Positions 1 through 11,682 are shown, counted from the first letter of the stretch. The stretch is 64,000 nucleotides of DNA from Octopus sinensis (GCF_006345805.1 NC_043000.1:131936001-132000000), one strand, 5' to 3'. Notes: generated by a model from the letters alone, not told the origin. Made by a program: numbers and translations.

Positions 1-17
1 AGAGTTTCGGTAGTAGT

Positions 18-27
18 AAAAAAAAAA
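18..27 (-). terminator. Pol III oligo-T terminator of array 5S gene (representative; one per unit)
   Basis: A10 on + (T10 on the sense strand), starting 12 nt after the gene end. Confidence 0.75.
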
Positions 28-38
28 CAACAGGAAAT

Positions 39-156
39 GCTTACAGCACCTAGGGTTCCCAAGCGGTCACCCATCTAAGTACAAACTAGGCTCGATGTTG
101 CTTAACTTCGGTGATCGAACGAGAACCGGTGCTTTCAACATGATATGGCCGTAAGC
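39..156 (-). rRNA. 5S rRNA: 5S rRNA (array unit 1)
   Basis: Reverse complement reads GCTTACGGCCATATCATGTTGAAAGCACCGGTTCTCGTTCGATCACCGAAGTTAAGC...GGGTGACCGCTTGGGAACCCTAGGTGCTGTAAGC, a metazoan 5S with box A, intermediate element and box C. Confidence 0.97.
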
Positions 157-197
157 ATCAAAGTGGTAAATTTTAATATATTTATTCTATAAACTGA
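157..197 (-). promoter_or_regulatory. Conserved AT-rich/TATA-like upstream element of 5S genes (representative)
   Basis: Sense TTTATAGAATAAATATATTAAAATTTA at about -10 to -38 is kept in array and dispersed copies even where the rest of the flank differs. Confidence 0.6.
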
Positions 198-533
198 TAA
201 ATAAACTTCTTATTTTGGAATAAGTTGATCCTCATTAAAATATATATTTTTTTACATTCCTTCACAACAGTTTATTTAACATATATTACATTTCATTTTC
301 ATTTTTCTCACCGAGTCCTCAACAAGAGATTAACGACGTGAGATTTGAGGTGTTTTCTGGTACCGATCAACGTGTAAGGAACGTAGTTGCCTAACTTGCC
401 GCTGTATAATGTGTTTTAGGTAACTAAAAACTCAAATGACCGTTACAACAAGAAGGAAAATTTCATAAGCCGTAAAAAGACGAAATTAAATCAGGCAGAG
501 TTTCGGTAGTAGTAAAAAAAAACAACAGGAAAT

Positions 534-651
534 GCTTACAGCACCTAGGGTTCCCAAGTGTTCACCCATCTAAGTACTAACTAGGCTAGATGTTGCTTAA
601 CTTCGGTGATCGAACGAGAACCGGTCCTTTCAACGTGATATGGCCGTAAGC
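534..651 (-). rRNA. 5S rRNA: 5S rRNA (unit 2)
   Basis: Full-length copy; AAGTGTTCACC variant. Confidence 0.93.
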
Positions 652-1028
652 ATCAAAGTGGTAAATTTTAATATATTTATTCTATAAACTGATAAATAAA
701 CTTCTTAGTTTAGAATAAGTTGATCCTCATTAAAATATATATTTTTTTACATTCCTTGACAACAGTTTATTTAGCATATATTACATTTCAGTTTCATTTT
801 TCTCACCGAGTCCTCAACTAGAGATTAACGACGTCAGATGTGAGGTGTTTTCTGGTACAGATCAACGTGTAAGGAACGTAGTTGCCTAACTTGCTGCTGT
901 ATAATGTGTTTTAGGTAACTAAAAACTCAAATGACCGTTACAACAAGAAGGAAAATTTCATAAGCCGTAAAAAGACGAAGTTAAATCAGGCAGTGTTTCG
1001 GTAGTAGTAAAAAAAAACAACAGGAAAT

Positions 1029-1146
1029 GCTTACAGCACCTAGGGTTCCCAAGCGGTCACCCATCCAAGTACTAACTAGGCTCGATGTTGCTTAACTTCG
1101 GTGATCGAACGAGAACCGGTGCTTTCAACATGATATGGCCGTAAGC
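1029..1146 (-). rRNA. 5S rRNA: 5S rRNA (unit 3)
   Basis: Full-length copy. Confidence 0.95.
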
Positions 1147-1534
1147 ATCAAAGTGGTAAATTTTAATATATTTATTCTATAAACTGATAAATAATCTTCT
1201 TAGTTTAGAATAAGTTGATCCTCATTAAAATTTATATTTTTTTACATTCCTTGACAACAGTTTATTTAACATATATTACATTTCATTTTCATTTTTCTCA
1301 CACCGATCCTCAACTAGAGATTAACGACGTGAGATTTGAGGTGTTTTCTGGTACAGATCAACGTGTAAGGAACGTAGTTGCCTACTTGCTGCTGTATAAT
1401 GTTTTAAGGTAACTAAAAACTCAAATGACCGTTACAACAGAGGAAAATTTCATAAGCCGTAAAAAGACGAAGTTAAGTCGGGCAGAGTTTCGGTAGTAGT
1501 ACAAAAAAAAAAACAACAAAAAACAAAAGGTAAT

Positions 1535-1650
1535 GCTTACAGCACCTAGTTCCCCAAGCGGTCACCCATCTAAGTACTAACTAGGCTCGATGTTGCTTAA
1601 CTACGGTGATCGAACGAGAACCGGTGCTTCCAACATGATATGCCGTAAGC
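1535..1650 (-). rRNA. 5S rRNA: 5S rRNA (unit 4; small indels, possibly read errors)
   Basis: Near full-length copy. Confidence 0.85.
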
Positions 1651-2025
1651 ATCAAAGTGGTAATTTTAATATATTTATTCTATAAACTGATAAATAAACT
1701 TCTTAGTTAGAATAAGTTGATCCTCATTAAAATATATATTATTTTACATTCCTTGACAACAGTTATTTAACATATATTACATTTCATTTTCATTTTTCTC
1801 ACCGAGTCCTCAACTAGAGATTAACGACGTGAGAAGTGAGGTGTTTTCTGGTACAGATCAACGTGTAAGGAACGTAGTTGCCTAACTTGCTGCTGTATAA
1901 TGTGTTTTAGGTAACTAAAAACTCAAATGACCGTTACAACAAGAAGGAAAATTTCATAAGCCGTAAAAAGACGAAGTTAAATCAGGCAGAGTTTCGGTAG
2001 TAGTAAAAAAAAAACAACAGGAAAT

Positions 2026-2143
2026 GCTTACAGCACCTAGGGTTCCCAAGCGGTCACCCATCTAAGTACTAACTAGGCTCGATGTTGCTTAACTTCGGTG
2101 ATCGAACGAGAACCGGTGCTTTCAACGTGATATGGCCGTAAGC
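2026..2143 (-). rRNA. 5S rRNA: 5S rRNA (unit 5)
   Basis: Full-length copy. Confidence 0.95.
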
Positions 2144-2512
2144 ATCAAAGTGATAAATTTTAATATATTTATTCTATAAACTGATAAATAAACTTCTTAT
2201 TTTAGAATAAGTTGATCCTCATTAAAATATATATTTTTTTACATTCCTTGACAACAGTTTTTTTAACATATATTACATTTCATTTTCATTTTTATCACCG
2301 AGTCCTCAACTAGAGATTGACGACGTGAGATGTTTTCTGTTACAGATCAACGTGTAAGGAACGTAGTTGCCTAACTTGCTGCTGTATAATGTGTTTTAGG
2401 TAACTAAAAACTCAAATGACCGTTACAACAAGAAGGAAAATTTCATAAGCCGTAGAAAGACGAAGTGAAATCAGGCAGAGTTTCGGTAGTAGTAAATAAA
2501 ACAACAGGAAAT

Positions 2513-2630
2513 GCTTACAGCACCTCGGGTTCCCGAGCGGTCACCCATCTAAGTACTAACTAGGCTCGATGTTGCTTAACTTCGGTGATCGAACGAGAAC
2601 CGGTGCTTTCAACATGATATGTCCGTAAGC
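2513..2630 (-). rRNA. 5S rRNA: 5S rRNA (unit 6)
   Basis: Full-length; CTCGGGTTCCCGAG variant. Confidence 0.92.
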
Positions 2631-3007
2631 ATCAAAGTGGTAAATTTTAATATATTTATTCTATAAACTGAGAAATAAACTTCTTATTTTGGAATAAGTT
2701 GATCCTCATTAAAATATATATTTTTTTACATTCCTTCACAAAAGTTTTTTTAACATATATTACATTTCATTTTCATTTTTCTTACCGAGTCCTCAACTAG
2801 AGATTAACGACGTGAGATGTGAGGTGTTTTCTGGTACAGATCAACGTGTAAGGAACGTAGTTGCCTAACTTGCTGCTGTATAATGTGTTTTAGGTAACTA
2901 AAAACTCAAATGACCGTTACAACAAGAAGTAAAATTTCATAAGCCGTAAAAAGACGAAATTAAATCAGGCAGAGTTTCGGTAGTAGTAAAAAAAAACAAC
3001 AGGAAAT

Positions 3008-3125
3008 GCTTACAGCACCTAGGGTTCCCAAGTGTTCACCCATCTAAGTACTAACTAGGCTCGATGTTGCTTAACTTCGGTGATCGAACGAGAACCGGTG
3101 CTTTCAACGTGATATGGCCGTAAGC
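3008..3125 (-). rRNA. 5S rRNA: 5S rRNA (unit 7)
   Basis: Full-length copy. Confidence 0.93.
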
Positions 3126-3503
3126 ATCAAAGTGGTAAATTTTAATATATTTATTCTATAAACTGATAAATAAACTTCTTATTTTAGAATAAGTTGATCC
3201 TCATTAAAATATATATTTTTTTACATTCTTGACAACAGTTTTTTTAACATATATTACATTTCATTTTCATTTCTCTCACCGAGTCCTCAACTAGAGATTA
3301 ACGACGTCAGATATGAGGTGTTTTCTGGTACAGATCAACGTGTAAGGAACGTAGTTGCCTAACTTGCTGCTGTATAATGTGTTTTAGGTAACTAAAAACT
3401 CAAATGACCGTTACAACAAGAAGGAAAATTTCATAAGCCGTAAAAAGACGAAGTTAAATCAGGCAGAGTTTCGGTAGTAGTAAAAAAAAACAACACAGGA
3501 AAT

Positions 3504-3622
3504 GCTTACACAGCACCTAGGGTTCCCAAGCGGTCACCCATCTAAGTACTACTAGGCTCGATGTTGCTTAACTACGGTGATCGAACGAGAACCGGTGCTT
3601 CCAACATGATATGGCCGTAAGC
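3504..3622 (-). rRNA. 5S rRNA: 5S rRNA (unit 8)
   Basis: Full-length with small indels. Confidence 0.87.
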
Positions 3623-3997
3623 ATCAAAGTGGTAAATTTTAATATATTTATTCTATAAACTGATAAATAAACTTCTTATTTTAGAATAAGTTGATCCTCA
3701 TTAAAATATATTTTTTTACATTCCTTGACAACAGTTTATTTAACATATATTACATTTCATTTTCATTTTTCTCACCGAGATCCTCAACTAGAGATTAACG
3801 ACGTGAGATTTGAGGTGTTTTCTGGTACAGATCAACGTGTAAGGAACGTAGTTGCCTAACTTGCTGCTGTATAATGTGTTTTAGGTAACTAAAAACTCAA
3901 ATGGCCGTTACAACAAGAAGGAAAATTTCATAAGCCGTAAAAAGACGAAGTTAAATCAGGCAGAGTTTCGGTAGTAGTAAAAAAAAACAACAGAAAT

Positions 3998-4115
3998 GCT
4001 TACAGCACCTAGGGTTCCCAAGCGCGTCACCCATCTAAGTACTAACTAGGCTCGATGTTGCTTAACTTCGGTGATCGAACGAGAACCGGTGCTTTCACGT
4101 GATATGGCCGTAAGC
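3998..4115 (-). rRNA. 5S rRNA: 5S rRNA (unit 9)
   Basis: Full-length with small indels. Confidence 0.87.
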
Positions 4116-4482
4116 ATCAAAGTGATAATTTTAATATATTTATTCATAAACTGATAAATAAACTTCTTATTTTAGAATAAGTTGATCCTCATTAAAATAT
4201 ATATTTTTTTACATTCCTTGACAACAGTTTTTTTAACATATATTACATTACATTTTCATTTTTATCACCGAGTCCTCAACTAGAGATTGACGACGTGAGA
4301 TGTTTTCTGGTACAGATCAACGTGTAAGGAACGTAGTTGCCTAACTTGCTGCTGTATAATGTGTTTTAGGTAACTAAAAACTCAAATGACCGTTACAACA
4401 AGAAGGAAAATTTCATAAGCCGTAGAAAGACGAAGTTAAATCAGGCAGAGTTTCGGTAGTAGTAAAGAAAACAACAGGAAAT

Positions 4483-4600
4483 GCTTACAGCACCTAGGGT
4501 TCCCAAGCGGTCACCCATCTAGGTACTAATTAGGCTCGATGTTGCTCAACTTCGGTGATCGAACGAGAACCGGTGCTTTCAACGTGATATGGCCGTAAGC
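4483..4600 (-). rRNA. 5S rRNA: 5S rRNA (unit 10)
   Basis: Full-length copy. Confidence 0.92.
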
Positions 4601-4974
4601 ATCAAAGTGGAAATTTTTAATATATTTATTCTATAAACTGAGAAATAAACTTCTTTTTTGGAATAAGTTGATCCTCATTAAAATATATATTTTTTTACAT
4701 TCCTTCACAAAAGTTTTTTTAACATATATTCATTTCATTTTCATTTTTCTTACCGAGTCCTCAACTAGAGATTAACGACGTGAGATGTGAGGTGTTTTCT
4801 GGTACAGATCAACGTGTAAGGAACGTAGTTGCCTAACTTGCTGCTGTATAATGTGTTTTAGGTAACTAAAAACTCAAATGACCGTTACAACAAGAAGTAA
4901 AATTTCATAAGCCGTAAAAAGACGAATTAAATCAGGCAGAGTTTCGGTAGTAGTAAAAAAAAACAACAGGAAAT

Positions 4975-5092
4975 GCTTACAGCACCTAGGGTTCCCAAGT
5001 GTTCACCCATCTAAGTACTAACTAGGCTCGATGTTGCTTAACTTCGGTGATCGAACGAGAACCGGTGCTTTCAACGTGATATGGCCGTAAGC
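4975..5092 (-). rRNA. 5S rRNA: 5S rRNA (unit 11)
   Basis: Full-length copy. Confidence 0.93.
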
Positions 5093-5469
5093 ATCAAAGT
5101 GGTAAATTTTAATATATTTATTCTATAAACTGATAAATAAACTTCTTATTTTAGAATAAGTTGATCCTCATTAAAATATATATTTTTTTACATTCCTTGA
5201 CAACAGTTTTTTTGACATATATTACATTTCATTTTCATTTTTCTCACCGAGTCCTCAACTAGAGATTAACGACGTCAGATATGACGTGTTTTCTGGTACA
5301 GATCGACGTGTAAGGAACGTAGTTGCCTAACTTGCTGCTGTATAATGTGTTTTAGGTAACTAAAAACTCAAATGACCGTTACAACAAGAAGGAAAATTTC
5401 ATAAGCCGTAAAAAGACGAAGTTAAATCAGGCAGAGTTTCGGTAGTAGTAAAAAAAAACAACAGGAAAT

Positions 5470-5587
5470 GCTTACAGCACCTAGGGTTCCCAAGCGGTCA
5501 CCCATCTAAGTACTAACTAGGCTCGATGTTGCTTAACTTCGGTGATCGAACGAGAACCGGTGCTTTCAACATGATATGGCCGTAAGC
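5470..5587 (-). rRNA. 5S rRNA: 5S rRNA (unit 12)
   Basis: Full-length copy. Confidence 0.96.
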
Positions 5588-5963
5588 ATCAAAGTGGTAA
5601 ATTTTAATATATTTATTCTATAAACTGATAAATAAATTTTTATTTTAGAATAAGTTGATCCTCATTAAAATATATATTTTTTTACATTCCTTGACAACAG
5701 TTTATTTAACATATATTACATTTCATTTTCATTTTTCTCACCGAGTCCTCAACTAGAGATTAACGACGTGAGATTTGAGGTGTTTTCTGGTACAGATCAA
5801 CGTGTAAGGAACGTAGTTGCCTAACTTGCTGCTGTATAATGTGTTTTAGGTAACTAAAAACTCAAATGACCGTTACAACAAGAAGGAAAATTTCATAAGC
5901 CGTAAAAAGACGAAGTTAAATCAGGCAGAGTTTCGGTAGTAGTAAAAAAAAACAACAGGAAAT

Positions 5964-6081
5964 GCTTACAGCACCTAGGGTTCCCAAGCGGTCACCCATC
6001 TAAGTACTAACTAGGCTCGATGTTGCTTAACTTCGGTGATCGAACGAGAACCGGTGCTTTCAACGTGATATGGCCGTAAGC
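5964..6081 (-). rRNA. 5S rRNA: 5S rRNA (unit 13)
   Basis: Full-length copy. Confidence 0.96.
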
Positions 6082-6455
6082 ATCAAAGTGGTAAATTTTA
6101 ATATATTTATTCTATAAACTGATAAATAAACTTCTTATTTTAGAATAAGTTGATCCTCATTAAAATATATATTTTTTTACATTCCTTGACAACAGTTTTT
6201 TTAACATATATTACATTACATTTTCATTTTTATTTTTCACCGAGTCCTCAACTAGAGATTGAACGACGTGAGATGTTTTCTGGTACAGATCAACGTGTAA
6301 GGAACGTAGTTGCCTAACTTGCTGCTGTATAATGTGTTTTAGGTAACTAAAAACTCAAATGACCGTTACAACAAGAAGGAAAATTTCATAAGCCGTAGAA
6401 AGACGAAGTTAAATCAGGCAGAGTTTCGGTAGTAGTAAAGAAAACAACAGGAAAT

Positions 6456-6573
6456 GCTTACAGCACCTAGGGTTCCGAAGCGGTCACCCATCTAGGTACT
6501 AAATAGGCTCGATGTTGCTCAACTTCGGTGATCGAACGAGAACCGGTGCTTTCAACGTGATATGGCCGTAAGC
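6456..6573 (-). rRNA. 5S rRNA: 5S rRNA (unit 14)
   Basis: Full-length variant copy. Confidence 0.9.
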
Positions 6574-6946
6574 ATCAAAGTGGAAATTTTTAATATATTT
6601 ATTCTATAACTGATAAATAAACTTCTTTTTTAGAATAAGTTGATCCTCATTAAAATATATATTTTTTTACATTCCTTGACAACAGTTTTTTTAACATATA
6701 TTACATTTCATTTTCATTTTTCTCACCGAGTCCTCAACTAGAGATTACGACGTCAGATGTGAGGTGTTTTCTGGTACAGATCAACGTGTAAGGAACGTAG
6801 TTGCCTAACTTGCTGCTGATAATGTGTTTAAGGTAACTAAAAACTCAAATGACCGTTACAACAAGAAGGAAAATTTCATAAGCCGTAAAAAGACGAAGTT
6901 AAGTCGGGCAGAGTTTCGGTAGTAGTAAAAAAAAACAACAGGAAAT

Positions 6947-7064
6947 GCTTACAGCACCTAGGGTTCCGAAGCGGTCACCCATCTAGGTACTAAATAGGCT
7001 CGATGTTGCTCAACTTCGGTGATCGAACGAGAACCGGTGCTTTCAACGTGATATGGCCGTAAGC
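6947..7064 (-). rRNA. 5S rRNA: 5S rRNA (unit 15)
   Basis: Full-length; same variants as unit 14. Confidence 0.9.
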
Positions 7065-7441
7065 ATCAAAGTGGAAATTTTTAATATATTTATTCTATAA
7101 ACTGATAAATAAACTTCTTTTTTTAGAATAAGTTGATCCTCATTAAAATATATATTTTTTTACATTCCTTGACAACAGTTTTTTTAACATATATTACATT
7201 TCATTTTCATTTTTCTCACCGAGTCCTCAACTAGAGATTAACGACGTCAGATGTGAGGTGTTTTCTGGTACAGATCAACGTGTAAGGAACGTAGTTGCCT
7301 AACTTGCTGCTGTATAATGTGTTTAAGGTAACTAAAAACTCAAATGACCGTTACAACAAGAAGGAAAATTTCATAAGCCGTAAAAAGACGAAGTTAAATC
7401 GGGCAGAGTTTCGGTAGTAGTAAAAAAAAACAACAGGAAAT

Positions 7442-7559
7442 GCTTACAGCACCTAGGGTTCCCAAGCGGTCACCCATCTAAGTACTAACTAGGCTCGATG
7501 TTGCTTAACTTCGGTGATCGAACGAGAACCGGTGCTTTCAACATGATATGGCCGTAAGC
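7442..7559 (-). rRNA. 5S rRNA: 5S rRNA (unit 16)
   Basis: Full-length copy. Confidence 0.96.
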
Positions 7560-7936
7560 ATCAAAGTGGTAAATTTTAATATATTTATTCTATAAACTGA
7601 TAAATAAACTTCTTAGTTTAGAATAAGTTGATCCTCATTAAAATATATATTTTTTTACATTCCTTGACAACAGTTTATTTAACATATATTACATTTCATT
7701 TTCATTTTTCTCACCGAGTCCTCAACAAGAGATTAACGACGTGAGATTTGAGGTGTTTTCTGGTACAGATCAACGTGTAAGGAACGTAGTTGCCTAACTT
7801 GCCGCTGTATAATGTGTTTTAGGTAACTAAAAACTCAAATGACAGTTACAATGAGAAGGAAAATTTCATAAGCCGTAAAAAGACGAAGTTAAATCAGGCA
7901 GAGTTTCGGTAGTAGTAAAAAAAAACAACAGGAAAT

Positions 7937-8054
7937 GCTTACAGCACCTCGGGTTCCCGAGCGGTCACCCATCTAAGTACTAACTAGGCTCGATGTTGCT
8001 TAACTTCGGTGATCGAACGAGAACCGGTGCTTTCAACATGATATGGCCGTAAGC
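7937..8054 (-). rRNA. 5S rRNA: 5S rRNA (unit 17)
   Basis: Full-length; same double variant as unit 6. Confidence 0.92.
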
Positions 8055-8431
8055 ATCAAAGTGGTAAATTTTAATATATTTATTCTATAAACTGATAAAT
8101 AAACTTCTTAGTTTAGAATAAGTTGATCCTCATTAAAATATATATTTTTTTACATTCCTTGACAACAGTTTATTTAACATATATTACATTTCATTTTCAT
8201 TTTTCTCACCGAGTCCTCAACTAGAGATTAACGACGTGAGATGTGAGGTGTTTTCTGGTACAGATCAACGTGTAAGGAACGTAGTTGCCTAACTTGCTGC
8301 TGTATAATGTGTTTTAGGTAACTAAAAATTCAAATGACCGTTACAACAAGAAGTAAAATTTCATAAGCCGTAAAAAGACGAAATTAAATCAGGCAGAGTT
8401 TCGGTAGTAGTAAAAAAAAACAACAGGAAAT

Positions 8432-8549
8432 GCTTACAGCACCTAGGGTTCCCAAGCGGTCACCCATCTAAGTACTAACTAGGCTCGATGTTGCTTAACT
8501 TCGGTGATCGAACGAGAACCGGTGCTTTCAACGTGATATGGCCGTAAGC
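8432..8549 (-). rRNA. 5S rRNA: 5S rRNA (unit 18)
   Basis: Full-length copy. Confidence 0.96.
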
Positions 8550-8927
8550 ATCAAAGTGTTAAATTTTAATATATTTATTCTATAAACTGATAAATAAACT
8601 TCTTATTTTAGAATAAGTTGATCCTCATTAAAATATATATTTTTTTACATTCCTTGACAACAGTTTTTTTAACATATATTACATTTCATTTTCATTTTTA
8701 TCACCGAGTCCTCAACTAGAGATTAACGACGTCAGATATGAGGTGTTTTCTGGTACAGATCAACGTGTAAGGAACGTAGTTGCCTAACTTGCTGCTGTAT
8801 AATGTGTTTTAGGTAACTAAAAACTCAAATGACCGTTACAACAAGAAGGAAAATTTCATAAGCCGTAAAAAGACGAAGTTAAATCAGGCAGAGTTTCGGT
8901 AGTAGTAAAAAAAAAACAACAGGAAAT

Positions 8928-9045
8928 GCTTACAGCACCTAGGGTTCCCAAGCGGTCACCCATCTAAGTACTAACTCGGCTCGATGTTGCTTAACTTCGG
9001 TGATCGTACGAGAACCGGTGCTTTCAACGTGATATGGCCGTAAGC
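8928..9045 (-). rRNA. 5S rRNA: 5S rRNA (unit 19)
   Basis: Full-length copy. Confidence 0.93.
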
Positions 9046-9422
9046 ATCAAAGTGGTAAATTTTAATATATTTATTCTATAAACTGATAAATAAACTTCTT
9101 ATTTTAGAATAAGTTGATCCTCATTAAAATATATATTTTTTTACATTCCTTGACAACAGTTTATTTAACATATATTACATTTCAATTTCATTTTTCTCAC
9201 CGAGTCCTCAACTAGAGATTAACGACGTCAGATGTGAGGTGTTTTCTGGTACAGATCAACGTGTAAGGAATGTAGTTGCCTAACTTGCTGCTGTATAATG
9301 TGTTTTAGGTAACTAAAAGTTCAAATGACCGTTACAATGAGAAGGAAAATTTCATAAGCCGTAAAAAGACGAAATTAAATCAGGCAGAGTTTCGGTAGTA
9401 GTAAAAAAAAACAACAGGAAAT

Positions 9423-9539
9423 GCTTACAGCACCTAGGGTTCCCCAGCGGTCACCCTCTAAGTACTACTAGGCTCGATGTTGCTTAACTCTCGGTGATCG
9501 AACGAGAACCGGTGCTTTCAACGTGATATGGCCGTAAGC
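9423..9539 (-). rRNA. 5S rRNA: 5S rRNA (unit 20)
   Basis: Near full-length, small indels. Confidence 0.85.
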
Positions 9540-9914
9540 ATCAAAGTGTAAATTTTAATATATTTATTCTATAAACTGATAAATAAACTTCTTATTTTAG
9601 AATAAGTTGATCCTCATTAAAATATATATTTTTTTACATTCCTGACAACAGTTTTTTTAACATATATTACATTTCATTTTCATTTTTCTCACCGAGTCCT
9701 CAACTAGAGATTAACGACGTCAGATGAGGTGTTTTCTGGTACAGATCAACGTGTAAGGAACGTAGTTGCCTAATTGCTGCTGTATAATGTGTTTTAGGTA
9801 ACTAAAAACTCAAATGACCGTTACAACAAGAAGGAAAATTTCATAAGCCGTACAAAAGACGAAGTTAAATCAGGCAGAGTTCGGTAGTAGTAGTAAAAAA
9901 AAAAACAAGGAAAT

Positions 9915-10031
9915 GCTTACAGCACCTAGGGTTCCCAAGCGGTCACCCATCTAAGTACTAACTAGGCTCGATGTTGCTTAACTTCGGTGATCGAACGAGA
10001 ACGGTGCTTTCAACATGATATGGCCGTAAGC
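9915..10031 (-). rRNA. 5S rRNA: 5S rRNA (unit 21)
   Basis: Near full-length, 1-nt indel. Confidence 0.88.
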
Positions 10032-10402
10032 ATCAAAGTGGTAAATTTTAATATATTTATTCTATAAACTGATAAATAAACTTTTTGTTTTAGAATAAGT
10101 TGATCCTCATTAAAATATATTTTTTTACATTCCTTGACAACAGTTTATTAAATCTATTTACAATTCATTTCATTTTTCTCACCGTGTCCTCAACTAGAGA
10201 TTAACGACGTGAGATGTGAGGTGTTTTGGTACAGATCAACGTGTAAGGAACGTAGTTGCCTAACTTGCTGCTGTATAATGTGTTTTAGGTAACTAAAAAC
10301 TCAAATGACCGTTACAATGAGAAGGAAAATTTCATAAGCCGTAAAAAGACGAAGTTAAATCAGGCAGAGTTTCGGTAGTAGTAAAAAAAAACAACAGGAA
10401 AT

Positions 10403-10641
10403 GCTTACAGCAGCAAGTTAGGCAACTACGTTCCTTACACGTTGATCCGTACCAGAAAACACCTCACATCTCACGTCGTTAATCTCTAGTTGAGGACTCG
10501 GTGAGAAAAATGAAAATGAAATGTAATATATGTTAAATAAACTGTTGTCAAGGAATGTAAAAAAATATATATTTTAATGAGGATCAACTTATTCTAAACT
10601 AAGAATTTTATTTATCAGTTTATAGAATAAATATATTAAAA
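10403..10641. repeat. Truncated 5S 3' end (10 nt) fused to an inverted spacer segment
   Basis: GCTTACAGCA is followed by the reverse complement of the spacer to 10641, then forward spacer resumes. Confidence 0.9.
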
Positions 10642-10802
10642 GGAACGTAGTTGCCTAACTTGCTGCTGTATAATGTGTTTTAGGTAACTAAAAACTCAAA
10701 TGACCGTTACAACAAGAAGGAAAATTTCATAAGCCGTAAAAAGACGAAGTTAAATCAGGCAGAGTTTCGGTAGTAGTAAAAAAAAAAAAAAAAAAAGGTA
10801 AT

Positions 10803-10956
10803 GCTTACAGCACCTAGGGTTCCCAAGCGGTCACCCATCTAAGTACCAACTAGGGTTCCCAAGCAGTCACCCATCTAAATTCTAACTAGGCTCGATGTTG
10901 CTTAACTCCGGTGATCGAACGAGAACCGATGCTTTCAACGTGATATGGCCGTAAGC
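10803..10956 (-). pseudogene. 5S rRNA: 5S copy with internal 36-bp tandem duplication (box C region)
   Basis: TAGGGTTCCCAAGCRGTCACCCATCTAA...AAC occurs twice; 154 nt = 118 + 36. Confidence 0.88.
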
Positions 10957-11344
10957 ATCAAAGTGGTAAATTTTAATATACTTATTCTATAAACTGATAA
11001 ATAAACTTCTTAGTTTAGAATAAGTTGATCCTCATTAAAATATATATTTTTTTACAATCCTTGACAACAGTTTATTTAACATATATTACATTTCATCTTC
11101 ATTTTTCTCACCGAGTCCTCAACTAGAGATTGACGACCTGAGATGTGAGGTGTTTTCTGGTACAGATCAACGTGTAAGGAACATAGTTGCCTAACTTGCT
11201 GCTGTATAATATGTTTTAGGTAACTAAAAACTCAAATGACCGTTACAACAAGAAGGAAAATTTCATAAGCCGTAAGAAGACGAAGTTAAATCGGGCAGAG
11301 TTTCGGTAGTTGTAAAAAAAAACAACAAAAAAACAAAAGGTAAT

Positions 11345-11380
11345 GCTTACGGCACCTAGGGTTCCCAAGCGGTCACCCAT
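11345..11380 (-). pseudogene. 5S rRNA: 3' fragment of a split 5S gene
   Basis: Breaks after GGTCACCCAT into inverted spacer. Confidence 0.85.
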
Positions 11381-11682
11381 TTTCCTTCTCATTTTTACCG
11401 TCATTTGAGTTTTTAGTTACCTAAAACACATTATACAGCTGCAAGTTAGGCCACTACGTTCCTTAAACGTTGATCTGTACGGGAAAACACCTCACATCTC
11501 ACGTCGTTAATCTCTAGTTTTGGACTTGGTGAGAAAAATGAAAATGAAGTGTAATATATGTTAAATAATGTTTTGTTATCGAATGTAAAAAAATATAAAT
11601 TTTAAAGAGGATCAACTTATTCTATAATAAGAAATTTATTTATCAGTTTATAGAATAAATCAATTAAAATTTCCACTTTGTT

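Larger units (their letters stand above)
1..10402 (-). repeat. Tandem 5S rDNA array, about 495 bp unit (118-120 nt gene plus about 375 bp non-transcribed spacer), 21 complete units; continues off the left edge
   Basis: The gene 3' end (GCTTACAGCACC on +) recurs at 39, 534, 1029, 1535, 2026 ... 9915 with near-identical spacers. Confidence 0.98.

Noticed and set aside
157-533. snRNA, SL RNA or tRNA hidden in the 5S spacer (such linkages are known in molluscs)
   Set aside because: No U1, U2, U5 or U6 5' signatures, Sm site or cloverleaf could be recognised on either strand; an Rfam scan would settle it
1215-1412. 65-aa ORF in the 5S spacer
   Set aside because: Chance open frame in one variant unit; closed in the sibling units
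1-10402. Regular repeat array as CRISPR or satellite DNA
   Set aside because: The units are whole 5S genes with near-identical spacers, there are no unique spacers or cas genes, and the context is eukaryotic
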